A DNA stretch of 59,865 nucleotides, counting the filler, from Bipalium vagum (taxonomy: Eukaryota): the NCBI GenBank assembly GCA_037834085.1. It is 3 parts of 3 records of this genome, joined end to end, with 100 filler letters (N's around TTAATTAATTAA, not from the genome) between each part and the next. Parts side by side here need not be neighbours in the genome. Positions count along the whole stretch, not along the records: positions 21,363 to 43,425 come from JBBMKC010225774.1; positions 43,526 to 59,865 come from JBBMKC010115385.1; 1 more part is not named here. The stretch is one strand, 5' to 3'. Shown piece after piece: positions 40,085 to 52,999 of the stretch. A model generated the notes under the pieces. The model saw only the letters and a list, made by a program, of their open reading frames with translations, searched no databases and was not told where the DNA came from. The stretch's first letter is position 1; every line of letters begins with the position of its first letter. The position numbers and the translations under genes were made by a program.

Positions 40085-41288
40085 TAGTCAAACCCCGTTA
40101 TAAAGGACAGGTTCGTAAAGCGTGAAATTGTCCCTTATAACGAAGTGTCATTAACAACTGAGGTTGTCTGTTACGTAATAGCGTAATAACTAAAATATTG
40201 TTATGACATTTTAAAGTTATTATTAGTTGAGGAAAAAGAAACGAAAGTCACATTCCAAATGGAATATTTTATTTAAAGTATTCAATCAATGTTCTTTGTT
40301 TCAGTGTTGGCAGCAAAGTATTTTTCTTCAAACTTCATAAAATTGTTTAAGAGATTTTCATCAGCTGATGAATTATTTGAAAAAAGAAATCTCCTAATAG
40401 TATCAAGGCAATCAACAACTTTTTACTTAGAATATGCACTAGTTCATATTCTGATTCCTCTTCTTTTGAAGATAAATTATTCGTTGATTTAACAATTCTT
40501 CCGCTCCTCCAAAAAGTCAATATTATCATCAAGGCAGAAATATTCATCGGCTGATAACTGAGATTTTAAATTGATTTTATCGAAGAAATCTGAATAACTT
40601 GCAATACTGAATCAACGTCAGATTTAGACAAAGAGGTTTCGAGAGTGATTAACTCAGCATGATTCCAACAACTTTAAATTATTGAAGCACTAATCTCCTT
40701 TTATATGATACATTTGTATAATATACAATTTAAAAGAGTCACAGCTTGTTAAATATCATTAATGTTACCATGAAGTTTTTGTATATCCAGTAGTTTTCAC
40801 AAATAAAACTTTTTAAAATGACATTTGAATACTTGAATTATTACAGCATCAAGAGGTTTTAAAGTTGCAGTTTAATTCTTTGGCAGGAATTACAATTGTA
40901 CATTGGATAATATGAAAATCTTATGGCAAGGTGCATTATCCAAAATTAAGAAAACTTTTCTCTTTTGAATTATCATATCACTATTAACATTTTTAACCCA
41001 ATTATTAAATTTCAGAGTTTTCATCCAAGCCTAGACGAATTTTAGATTTTTATTAATTATTCAATGCAATTTATTTATTCATTTTATTATTATTATTATT
41101 AATTATTGTTGTTATGGTTTACTATTATTTAAAATATTTTGAACAAAAATGAAGATTTCATAAATTTAAATTAAGATTTCACAAATTTATTGCCCTTTTA
41201 ACGGGGAAGTGTGATGTTTTTCTGTATAAAAATTTGGCATTAAATTTTTCTTTATAACGGGGTTTTCCTTTTAAAAAGGGTTTGACTA
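40085..41288 (-). mobile_element. pogo/Tigger-like element with TIRs
   Basis: TAGTCAAACCC...GGGTTTGACTA ends; FLILDNAPCH, FLPKN and KPLDAVII..FK DDE_1 motifs. Confidence 0.85.
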
Positions 41289-41559
41289 TATATATATATA
41301 TATTATTCTCTCTAAGTCTCTAAAAATAAAGCAGGAAACGATCGATCATAAGGTACTACACAATGCCATAAAAAATTTCATTATATTATATATTTATTTA
41401 ATTTTCAGGAAATTGATAACAAAAATAAAACGAGATTCAATATTGGACTGGTCTTTGTCTAGTTACAATTTCTGTATAACTGTGGAGTGTTTATGAATAA
41501 TTTATGGTGGAACTAAATTGCCTTAAAAGCAGGGGATATAAAAATAAATATAAATGTCT

Positions 41560-42480
41560 CAAGTTGCCAAATGATTTGAATACTAACCAAAGGTTAATAT
41601 AAAAACGATTCTTCCAGAATTTTATTATTTTTCTGAAATGAAAACTATGAGTCTGTGGAAACTGGAAAAATCATCCGGAAAACATGTTAATAAATGTTAT
41701 TTTTTCCAATATACATGGTATTTCATAATTATGTTTAGGCGTTTTAACAAATAAAAATTAATCAATTTGTCAATGAACAGAAATAATTTTTATATATTAT
41801 TGAAGATAATCATTGGAAATTCATTAAAACAATCAAATTAATTTGACTTTTGAGTATCTACAGCGATTGTACTCAGACTGAAAGTAATTGAAATTCGATA
41901 ATAATATAAAATCATTAAAATAGAAATAAATGAAGGTCAAAGTGTGGTTTCACTTGAAATTATTTATATAATAGACGTCAGAAGAATAAGAAATATTTTT
42001 AAATGAATATTTACGCAAAAAACTTAATTGGAAGTATGGTACCACATTCGTTATGATACAACAAAATCAATTGAAAATAAGCCCATAATCACTATTTGTT
42101 GAATTGTTCAACAAGAAAAATAAGACAATGATCAGGAGCTAAAAGTTTTAACTGAAACATAAATCTTTTTACAATGAACGGAAACATGAAATTCATTTTC
42201 TAAACAGTTAAGATTTTTGATAACACTGAAATTCAAGTAGAGTTGACGTAGATCTTATCCTATCTAAAATCTGAAACCAGTCATTCGTGGAAAGTGCTTT
42301 TAATCAAATGACAAGGCTATGTAAATGAAACCGTTATTCTTCAGAATTCGTGAAAATGGAATAGTCTTCAGAATCATTGAAATATGCGTATTGAATTTAA
42401 AGAGATTAAGAGGATTAATAAAATTAATTACAATAAAAATTCATTTCCACCTTCTAATTTTTTTTTACACTTTAATTTAC
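41560..42480 (+). mobile_element. Highly decayed mariner-like relic
   Basis: Weak ILNEYLRKKL..VPH motif. Confidence 0.3.
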
Positions 42481-43047
42481 AACTTCAATAAATTATTTAA
42501 ATACAGGAAAGGTTTTTGACGTAACATACATAATATGTGTACTGCGTGCCTTTTTATACCAATATTTAATATTATTAAACATTCTGTTGTTCTACTTTCT
42601 CAATTTTATTACTTTTTAAGTAATATGAATTTTTCTAATTTGAACAGAATATACCGTGCGTTTAACAAGTCACTAGACAGTTTAAATTAAAATTTAAAAA
42701 CGAATATTTTTTTAAAAATATGTAGAACAAAGTCAAAATTTTTATTATACATAAAGAAATTCCAACAATTGATTAATAATAGCAATAATACCACTCATTT
42801 TGCAATTTTTAAAAACAATCGTCCAAAAATATCATGCTTAATTGAATTGATTTTCATTTCTATAGCCGAACATAATTGGCTAACATTTTTAATCTGTGTA
42901 GAGTAAACCTTTTGATTTAAAAAAACCCATAAAAAAGAAATCAAAAGATAAAAGACCCCGAGATCTAGCTACTCATTTATCTAACCTTCCTCCATAACTA
43001 TCTACCAAAGACCTTTTTATACAACCATTTCCGTACTGTAAACAAAT

Positions 43048-43425
43048 ATCGGGTTGTTCGGAAACTCACTTTGCTTTTTTATACCTATTTTTAAATCTTA
43101 ATTTAAAGAACTTAAGTCATTTTAAAGGTATAACATTTAAGTTTATTGAAATAATAATTGACGTGTAAGCACAAACAGACTCTGGTTGAAATATTTATTA
43201 AACACAAATTTAAAAATTGCCGTTTCACCAAGATCAGTCAATTCAAACAAATCCTTTTTAATTTTATTCGTAATTAATATATAATAATGTGTACAGATTA
43301 ATAATGTTCTTCCCACAATTTCTCTATTGGATTAAGATCAGGCGATTTTGCTGGCCATTTCATGACTTTTAAAACATTTTGATATGATTTTTGGTCCAAA
43401 TAATTTAAACACAGTTTTGATGTGT
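43048..43425 (-). mobile_element. Tc1 transposase 3' end running into the gap
   Basis: MKWPAKSPDLNPIEKLW. Confidence 0.8.
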
Positions 43426-43525
43426 NNNNNNNNNNNNNNNNNNNNNNNNNNNNNNNNNNNNNNNNNNNNTTAATTAATTAANNNNNNNNNNNNNNNNNNN
43501 NNNNNNNNNNNNNNNNNNNNNNNNN
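43426..43525. other. Assembly gap with artificial linker
   Basis: N run with central TTAATTAATTAA. Confidence 0.97.
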
Positions 43526-43830
43526 TAAAATTTCATGCACAATTAGATTTGATCACACCAAAAAGGATCACAAAAGTAAAACAAAAGAATCATTGTTGAT
43601 TTAGTTCGTTTTGTACATCTGCTGTGCCTGGGAGTCTCCACACATCTTCACTTAACAAAAATGGATTATAAATACTAGAAAGCATCAACCAAATAGTTCT
43701 GTCAAAGAACCTAAGATTAGATGTAATTTCCCGTTGGATTTCAAGTTATCATCCATGGGAAAATACTATATTTACGGACGAAAAACGGTTTCGTTTGACA
43801 AGCCAGATAACTGAGTGACATATATGTTTA
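43526..43830 (+). mobile_element. Tc1 transposase fragment
   Basis: WENTIFTDEKRFRL. Confidence 0.65.
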
Positions 43831-44191
43831 AAAAATCGAAATTTCAAATTATTTTCATTGAAAATATGACCTGCAGTTTCAATATCTTTTGGAGTTATTC
43901 CACCATTTCCTGCATTATTATTATTCCAGCATTTTCTACTAACGTCCTCAAATTACCTCATACATCATTGTTAGCTGCGATATCAACAAAATCAGTCATA
44001 ATTGTAAATATGTATTTTTGAATGTCGTTTCAAAACAAATTTTCCATTTTTAATATATAATACCATTAAATATCAAAATTCATTTCAATAAAAATTATTT
44101 TAAAATAAATATTAAAATTAAAAATAAATTAATTAAAAATTTTAATTAGGTAAAATATAAAAATTCAAAAATTATACATCAGTTTAAATAC

Positions 44192-44965
44192 TCACATCCC
44201 CCCTTCTCAAGAATTTTTTATTTTCTCCTATTTTTTTCCTCCTCTATACTCCAATGCAGATCTCCTTTCATGAATTTTTCTGTTTACTGTGTGTATGGAC
44301 CTTCATATCTTTCTTTGTCTTTAGTTCTGCCTTCGGCCTTTACAAGTACTTCTTGTTGTTGCTTTACTTGGACTCTTAAACGTTTTCTTTATCTACTTCT
44401 TCTGATATTTTATTACTGACCCAAGCCTCTCTGTAAATTTTTCTTCAAAATATGAGTTCAGCTGGGCTGTATCCCAAAGTTTTCTGAGATATTGCGTTTA
44501 GGATAAACTCAATTTCTCGAAACAAAATTTCTCAATCATTGTTTCTTCTCTCAGCCATAGTACCATTCATTTAGTCACATATAGTTCGGAATTGCCGTTC
44601 TATTATCCCGTTGGTGTTATGATGATATGGACTGGACAAACAGAGTTTTGCGTTACTCTGTGTGCTTAGTGTCTTAAAAACTCTAGATTCAAAAACCTTT
44701 CCACAGTCTGCATGGATTTTCTTTGGTGCACCATATTTATAGGTCCATTTTTCCATCATTATCTTTCTAATTGTTTCCTCATCTTGTTTCATTATCGCCA
44801 TTAATGAAATGTACCTGATATACTGATCAATAATCGCTAGTATGTATCGTTTCCTTCGAAAATTCTTTTTTAACGGACCGCATATGTCTATATATATCTT
44901 TTCAAATGGCTCATCTGATGATAATTTGATTGTATCTTTCGTTTATGTTGTGACTACTTTATATC
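44192..44965 (-). mobile_element. Ty3/Gypsy integrase fragment with polypurine tract
   Basis: PFEKIYIDICGP, YILAIID, YGAPKKIHADCGKVF, SPYHHNTNGIIER and YEGPY; PPT GAGAAGGGGGA followed by TG at ~44197. Confidence 0.88.
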
Positions 44966-45829
44966 AGAAAATAAACTTATAATCCGGATTTTCTGATTTT
45001 TATTTATATATATTATTGTACATATCATAATTAATATTTTTATAACTTGTTTGTAATTTATAAACTATTTTTATAGAAAATAAAATGAATTCCTTAATAT
45101 ATATTCCTTTATAATTCCGCTCATTTCCAACTTTAGAACTTATTCGTAAATTTTACCAATTTGAGATTATATATAATCAGGTAATTGATGCAATATTTGA
45201 AATTTTATTGGTAAAAAAGAATTCATTAAATTTGATTGAAATTTAAATCAGATTTGAGAATTCTTCAATAATTTCTTTTACTTTTTCTCTAAAAAGAATC
45301 ATACTTTTTTTAATTCATTTTTAACAACAATTTTGACTTTTCCAAATTTGTCATTTTATCAAAAAAGTGGGATTTTCCTTTTTCCCCTGTGGGAAGGAAA
45401 AACCCCACAAGATCAATTTTTAATTTTGTGAATTTTTCGATTTAATGATGTTTTCAAATTTTGAGATTTTTTCAAATTTAAAATTTTTTTAAAATTGTGA
45501 TTTTTTAAATTTTGCTTTTTTGTAAAAATTTTAACTTTGCCAATTAGTTTATTCCTCTAAAATTTTTGAGTGAATTTAAGTGAACGAAAAAATTCTTTAA
45601 GCTTCAGATTTGATGGACTATAAACTGCTGTTATTGTAGAAAAAATTCTGACTTGAAAGTGTCCGAAAGTATTTATTTGGTGAGCATTTCTTTAAACATG
45701 CTAAAAATGACTCAAGATTTTTCTTTTTCCTCCAGGAGATAGACCATCTCAGAACTGGCTGACGGTTCGAAAGCAGAAAAGCATTAAATTTTTTTATTTT
45801 CTTATTCGTTTTTCTTTATTTTTTATTAC

Positions 45830-46560
45830 TGTTTCAACATTTAATTCTCATTTTAAATTGCTTGAGTATTGTATCTACAATAATTGATCGTATCAGTTCT
45901 TATATATTTCATTATTCTCAGTAGTGCCATAAAAGGCTTAATTCCCGTATACATATTTCTTCATATTAACCAAATTAGATTTTTATTTGTAAACCTAATT
46001 CTGAACAGTGGACTAGTAAATCAAAACTGTGATATAACTCGATTGTTGTTTGAATTTATTTATTGTAACTAATACCGATAAATATTTCTTTTAAGCTTGA
46101 ACTCATTATTGCACCAACTATATAAGAAACAGTCAGATAAGCTTAATTAGTGAGTATAACTGACATTAATAAGAAATAACTAATAGGTTAAAAATTATTA
46201 TTCCTTAATTGTTTTTTATTTTATTGATTATCTACTAAATTAGTCTGCGAAAAGGTAATTTTATCATAAAGACTTATGTTAGTGTTTTAATTTTTAGAAT
46301 TGTTTATCCATAAATTTTCAGAATTTATATTATATATTTTATTAATGGACAATCAGAGTTAATTATAATAATTATAATTATTAATGGAACAGTTGTTAAA
46401 ACACAAAATAATGTCTTTTCTGTTAGAATGTCTGAACGTTGATATCAATAAGGGTTCAAATTTATTCTACTTGGAAGTTTTAAAACACTAATGGCAGAGC
46501 TGTTTATTTATAATTACCAATGAAAATGAAGTATTTACAAAAACAATATTTAACTGAATA
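45830..46560 (-). mobile_element. Possible Polinton minor capsid-like relic
   Basis: LKLPSRINL and DLLVHCSELGLQ patterns; many stops. Confidence 0.3.
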
Positions 46561-46811
46561 AAGTTATCAGGCACAAATTTTCAATAATGACAAAAATCAT
46601 CCTTCAGTTATCCATTCTTATATAAATAAACCAGTTTTTAAAAAGGTGATCAAAATAAAAGAAAATTTTAAAAAAGTTGATTAAATTAAAAATGTTCAAA
46701 AATCAGAAAAAACCACACTAAACTTGCATATGCAAAACTTTTATCACTTTAAATCATAAATTCCACTATAGAACACAAATAAAGTATATGCAAGATAACT
46801 GCTCCACAGAA

Positions 46812-47084
46812 TTAACGCTTCAAAAATTTTTGATAATCTTTCAAACAGGATATATCATCATATTTCAACTCATCAGGTGTTTCGTTCTTTTCTGACTCTT
46901 TTATTTTAACAACCATTTCTTCTTCCTGAGAAATATGCCCTTTATTTGATTTTTTTCTGTTTGACGTCTTCTTTAAATTTTGTCTTCTCAAAATTTCTTC
47001 CTTTTCTTCAATTTCATCGACAATGTACCGAAATGTAAGATTTATGCGGGCATCAACATCAAAGAACTCTTTCGGAACCCTATG
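46812..47084 (-). CDS. ALKBH3: Terminal exon of an ALKBH3-like Fe(II)/2-oxoglutarate dioxygenase (partial gene)
   Basis: ttttag|HRVPKEFFDVDARINLTFR matches ALKBH3 HRVPKEY....RVNLTFR; open for 90 codons to TAA; upstream exons not found in the window. Confidence 0.75.
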   Translation of the reverse strand, partial: HRVPKEFFDVDARINLTFRYIVDEIEEKEEILRRQNLKKTSNRKKSNKGHISQEEEMVVKIKESEKNETPDELKYDDISCLKDYQKFLKR

Positions 47085-47294
47085 CTAAAATAGCCAAACG
47101 ATTTTCAGGATGAATATTTCATACAATACAAATTCAAATTCCTTTATATGACCATGATTTATTATTATTTTATTCATTCTTATTATTTATTATTTATTAT
47201 TATCATTTATATTTATTATTTTATTATCTTATTATTATTATTATATCTTAATATTTTTATAATTATTACATATATTTGATTGTATAATTAGTAT

Positions 47295-48398
47295 TAACGG
47301 GTGGTCAATAAAGAATGATAATTCTTTGAATGACGTTTGACATAGACAGCATAATGTTAAATTAACTCAATTACAAGTATTTAATAAAGAATAAAACCAA
47401 AATTTATTTAATTAAAACAGTTTATTATTAAATCTCCTTTGTGCCTGTCTATGGCCAAAACTCTTTATCGAAAGGAATCGATGGCTTGGCAAATCATATT
47501 TAATGGAATTTCTGCAATTGTTTCTTTAATTTTTTCAATCAGTTTTGTACGATTTTCAAATTTTTTGTTTTCAGTCTCTTTGATAGTTCATCCCAAAAAA
47601 AATAATCAAGATGACTAATGTCTGGTGAATTTGTTGGCCAATGATTTGGAGCTATTATTGAAATACCAGTCTTTTTGAATGCCGCAATCGTTTCTTTGCT
47701 TCTGTGACAGCTAGCAACATTCTGGTGATATATGAAATCGCTTCCAATGAGCTCTCTTCCATATTTTGCAACGATTGGAAGTACATTTGATATATAAATC
47801 TTGTATCAAAAGATGTTTTTGTTGGTAAAAATACAGGTGTCATCGGACCCTGATATGTCGTCAGTCAAACCCATACCATCACTTTCAAAGGATATTTTCT
47901 CTTTGGAAAAAGTCAACCTTTTAAATTTGCATCTTTTCTAGACACAGCATAAACGATGTCGTTGTGTGGATTAAACTGACCATCTGCAACAAAAGATTTT
48001 TCATCACTAAACATAATTTTGTTCACTGCCTGTTTACTAAATCTTTTCTTAACCAAAATGAGCACGTCTTTCGTCTATTGATTTGGGACTCAGATAGATA
48101 GGGAACTTTTATTTATTTATTATTAAATCCCAAGTCATTATGTAAAATATTTCCAATAGTTGCTCTTGAACATTTGAAATCTAAAGCTAACTTTCTAGCT
48201 GATTTCTTTGTTTATTTGTTGTAAGGTTTCTGTTAATTTTTTTTATAAATATTTTCGTTCTTGCGGTTCTTGGAGTTTGGTATCGTTTTTGCTACAGCTT
48301 CATAAATTTCTTCCGGTGTTTTCCCATTTTCATAATGGGTTTTTTTCAAATTTCTTACATAAGTCATTATCTAAAAGAAAATATTGCTAAAAATAACG
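47295..48398 (-). mobile_element. Tc1/mariner (maT-like) transposase pseudogene
   Basis: IMFSDEKSF, FNPHND.VYA, KVMVW and WPTNSPDISHLDYF. Confidence 0.8.
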
Positions 48399-48400
48399 TA

Positions 48401-49028
48401 CCGTAGATACGCGAGTATACCGCGAGATTTTTTAGCTGCAATTGGAGTAAAATTTGGGGAGTCGCAGTATTCTCGAGACACAACAATAATTTTATTTACT
48501 GGACACTGATTTCACGTGTCGGAAACTTTAGAAACGTGTTACGATAGCTAGGGATCGAAATCGATCGTTTGTTGGCTCAAAAGACGAAATATTCACATGC
48601 TAATAAGAATGGATTCTGAAGTTCTCATGTTTCGAAACCACCATAAACAAATGGCCGATATAAACCGATTTTAGGAAAGTTTTAATTTATTAAACTAAAT
48701 TTCACAACTTTATCTAAATATTTTTAAAAGGATTAAATTGAAAAAAAATAAAAAAACTTTTAGTCAGAACGTACCTACTTTAGATTATACTTTGAATTTT
48801 TTGTTTCTATGTTTATTATATATAATATCACGATTCCGTGGTTAAAGATTTCAATGTAAAGTTAATGGTGTTTTGAAAAAAAATATTTTTTACCGGTTCA
48901 CAATACATAGCATTTGGCCAATTTTTACTCTCGCGTTATACTCGCGTTTTGCATTTTTTAATACTTTTTCACCCAATTTTGTATATCTCGCGTTATAGTC
49001 GGATGGCGTTATACTCGCGTATCTACGG
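48401..49028. mobile_element. Non-autonomous TIR element (MITE, pogo/Tc2-type CCGTA ends) with TA TSD
   Basis: TA|CCGTAGATACGCGAGTATA ... TATACTCGCGTATCTACGG|TA perfect inverted ends. Confidence 0.9.
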
Positions 49029-49030
49029 TA

Positions 49031-49530
49031 AATTAATGTTTTTATGATTGTATTCATAAAAGAATAGTGGATTGGAAAATTCATTATGTAGATACAAATT
49101 CAATATTTTTAGAAATGCAAACTCCATTCAATTCTAGTTTAGAAAATGAAGTAGGGAATTTTGAAGAATATCCCCAACAGATTTGTTTAAATTTAAAGAT
49201 GAATTAGAGAAAGATAAAAAATTTATACATGGAGCAATATTTCTAAAATTAAAATGTTATTGTTACAACGCAGTAGCTTTTGCCAAAGACGAGCCTCCGG
49301 CTCTAGCACATTTGGTACCGAATCAAACAACAGAAGACGCAACTATTCGAATGAAAGGAATAACAAGAGCAAAAGAAAAAAATATAATTATGAAAACTGA
49401 TAATTATTTAAATAATAGTAAAATTTGTATTTCAGATAATTATAGATTACTATCAGAGGCATAATATGTATTTAATTAAAGAACAAAAAATTATCATTAG
49501 ACCTCTTTGAATATAAAAAAATTATTTTAA
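49031..49530 (+). mobile_element. Protein-primed B-family DNA polymerase C-terminal fragment (Polinton-like)
   Basis: YVDTNSIFLE (YxDTDS motif C), KFKDEL, LKLKCY and MKGIT. Confidence 0.7.
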
Positions 49531-50879
49531 ATTATGGAAACTTTTTTAACTTTTCCATTTGGATATTTTAAGATAAAAGTACTGTGAATTCTGAAGCGTC
49601 TTAAAAATTAATATATATTGATATCTTTGCTCGAGTCGTTCAATTTCATTTTCATATATTTGTTTTTCATCTTTGATTAAATTTTCATATATTTGAAAAT
49701 TAAAAATTGTTTGAGATTATTTTTCTGTAAATTTAATAGATGATGATTTTTTTTAATCTTTTAAAATGATTTAACTCTTTAATTTTATATTGTTGATCTT
49801 TAATTTTTTTTCTCTTTTATTTAATTTTTCATCTAATTTCCCTGTATTTTTTAAATCTCTAATTATATATTCTTTTTTTTAATTCTATTTTTCCTATTTT
49901 ATGAGTTTTATGATTTTCTGCAATGATTGATTTAAATCTTTTTTCATTTTCGTCTTTCTCTTTTAATTATTTTCATTTTTGATTTTTTTGATTTTAATTA
50001 TTTTCTTCACTTTTATTTAGTTATTTTTAAGACTTCTATTTCTGATTGATACTTTTTTACTTCATCAAAATTATTTTCTTCCATAATTTTCTTAAATTAT
50101 ATTTATTCTAATATTAATTACTCGGAGTATTAAATGTGTACAATAGACTTCAGGACTATTATGATCACCATAAAAAGATTGTGGACAACAATTACAACTT
50201 ATTATTACAGGGGATGCTAAACTTGTAAATTAATTTTATTACAATTAATTATAATATAATTATAAAATTAAAAAACGATGTTTTGAATTTGTTAGAGGTA
50301 ATTGATGGTAATAACGGTGGTGATACCACTGAACTTCGTAGAAGTATTCGCAATCTGACAATGCAACGTAATTACAAACCAAGTTTTATGATTATACAAC
50401 TAATCAAATTTTTATTATTGTTCATATGGAAACTTTGTTTTGATTATTATTATTCTTACTACATATTAATGTTAGGTAGTACGGGGAAGTTTCACAGCAT
50501 TGGAATAGTTTTTTGTGTGTTAACCTGTGAATTTTGTAGCATTTCTGAGTGTTCGTTAATACTCTAGCTTATTTTTAGTTATTCAAATTTTATTGATTGT
50601 TTCATAATCATAAAAGTTGTTGTGTAATTATGTAATTTAGAAACGGGATTCAAGTTAGACTACTACCTAGATATTTTATAAATAATAAAGTTGATTTATA
50701 AATATTGATTTTCTTATTTTATTTCAATTTTCCTAGTAAAGAATTCAAAGACGATATTTCATCAATGCATATATTTCAGTTTGATATATTCATTTATTTT
50801 CATTATTTACCACTAATTTTGTCTAGACTTTAAATTCAATCATATAGTGACTTTTTGTTGTTATACTTAACTGTGATAG

Positions 50880-51717
50880 TGTACACTAGCGGTCAGGACA
50901 TTCCATGCGCATGTGAAAGGTCGCGCATGGAACGACAGCTGGAATTCTCAATCCAGTGCAGGTCGCTTCGCTTCGTCAATCGGTCAGTCGATGCTTTCAA
51001 CAACACCAATTCTTAACGGTGAAATATCAATTGCCGCTTGGTATTTCATCGACCGCTCACGATCTTATTCTATTCAGATTAATGCTCGTCAAGGTTCAGT
51101 ATGCAGAGGATTCAGAAGATACAATGAACTGGAGGAGAACACTGTCTCATGTTCTCGTTGACTGTCTTCCTTCCAGAATATTTGCTAGTTATCGCCACAA
51201 TTAAATTCAAGATCACTTGGCAGAGCAAATCAGGCAGAACACAAAGGCAAAAATCTTTGTCAATGCAGAAAGCCAGTATGTTATTTCGGCAAAACGTATC
51301 GATCTTCAAATAAAATTTACTGAGTAAAAAGTGTTATTCATCAGCGACGTCAAATGCCCTTATGATACGGAAAATAATATTTTCTGGAATCATGAGAAAA
51401 ATCTGAGCCATTACGAGGAAATTTTGGATCAAAGGAAAAAAGCTCTGCCAGAATGGACCATCAATTTGGACACTTTTGTGGTCAGATGTCTTGGATCATG
51501 GATGAAGCGCAACGAAAGAATTCTTAAAAGCCTCCAACTCTCAAAGCGGAAGATAACAGAAATCGGCAAATTCTCTGTTTCTTCAAACATCAAGTGGAGT
51601 GTGGCTCAATGGATATGTCATCGTGATGTTGGGAAGACATCGATGAATTTCTGTGAAATGCAAGACTATGCTGATGAATCCAATCCTAGCTACTCAATAT
51701 CCGACAACTTAGACTAA
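50880..51717 (+). mobile_element. RLE-type non-LTR retrotransposon 3' part (CCHC knuckle plus restriction-like endonuclease)
   Basis: CRG....SHVLVDC..RHN, DLQI..ISDVKCPYD and FVVRCLGSW; homologous to 16800-17177. Confidence 0.8.
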
Positions 51718-52445
51718 GAAATTGATCTGCATAAATGTACCGATGAACTTATATAAACAAAACTTTTAAAAAAATTGTGATATAATTTATTGAACTATTT
51801 ATTTGTATGTTTTATTTTTTTGCCATACTAGGCTCACAGCAATGTGCTGATGATTTATGTTCATGCATGTAAAAATTTGTTGTAAAATATACAATTTTGT
51901 TTGTTCGAATCCCGGTATCTTCGATTAATTTTCAACCAACAATGAACATTTCTGAATTATTTATTATACAATTTAATAAGATATTACTCACCTAATAAAA
52001 TTTTGTTTATGAAAATCGTTTCATAAATCAAATTATTAACCATTACGTAAATAAAATATATTAAACACGAAATAAATTCGATTAAATATTTGAAATTAAA
52101 CCTTATGTTTAACATTTGAATTTTTATGCTTTTTTATCAGCTTTATTATAATAATCTTCTTACAATATAATGACTAACATAGGAACAAAAAGTGATCTTC
52201 AGCAAAGATATTTCGAATTACAGATATATAGAAGACCTGGAATCGAAAAATCAGTCAATATTTCACAAATCAATCTCTTTTAATTAAAAATAGACAACGA
52301 CGTTGAAAAACTTATTAATATATACAAACTGAAAAAATCAAGAATATTGTGTTTAATCAAAAATTATTGGTATCCGTCAAAAGAATTTTTAAAATTTAAT
52401 TTAATAGGTAAACCTTTGCTTACATGGCTTTCCAATATGCGTTTT

Positions 52446-52945
52446 ACTAAAGAAGAAATTTTTTAGGCGAAAAATTATGTTCGAAAAATGAGATTTCTGC
52501 AAATATACGGTTTTCATAGTCTATTTCATCACAATTTTTCAAAAAATTCATTTTTGTGAAATAAAATTTTTTATTTAATTATATAATCAGATTTAAATAT
52601 TTATAATTTGAGTTATAATTTAAATTTTTCCTAAATTTTAAGGTATGCGAACACTATTCGTACAAATAGCAATTAATTAATAGGTTTGTTCCTATGAAGA
52701 TCAAAATATAAAAATAAGAAAATGCGTGTGTCCGACCCAAATTAATTTTATTACATTTGTAGAAATTTTATTTTAGGTGAAGGAAAAAATATTACACAAA
52801 TAGAGGTATTACAATACGGTTATTTTAAAATAAAGATCGAGGATCAAGAAAAGCCCTTAGCACAACACATCCTATGTGTCAAGTGCATGTCTAATTTATC
52901 TATGTTGGATAAAGATAAATTGAAAAGAATTGCTTTTTCATCACA
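52446..52945 (+). mobile_element. DNA transposon 5' end and Zn-binding N-terminus, probably Chapaev3-like
   Basis: DPN*FYYIC...YFKIKIEDQEKPLAQHILCVKC resembles the FCYICG...GDQDK.WAPH..C..C motif; family name is from recall. Confidence 0.45.
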
Positions 52946-52999
52946 ATTTTTCAAAAAATTCATTTTTCTGAAATAATAAAAAATTGTTATTTAACTATA

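Noticed and set aside
51860-52045. Two-exon gene around a neat GTGAGT...CAG 40-nt intron (minus strand)
   Set aside because: No phase combination gives a sustained open frame.
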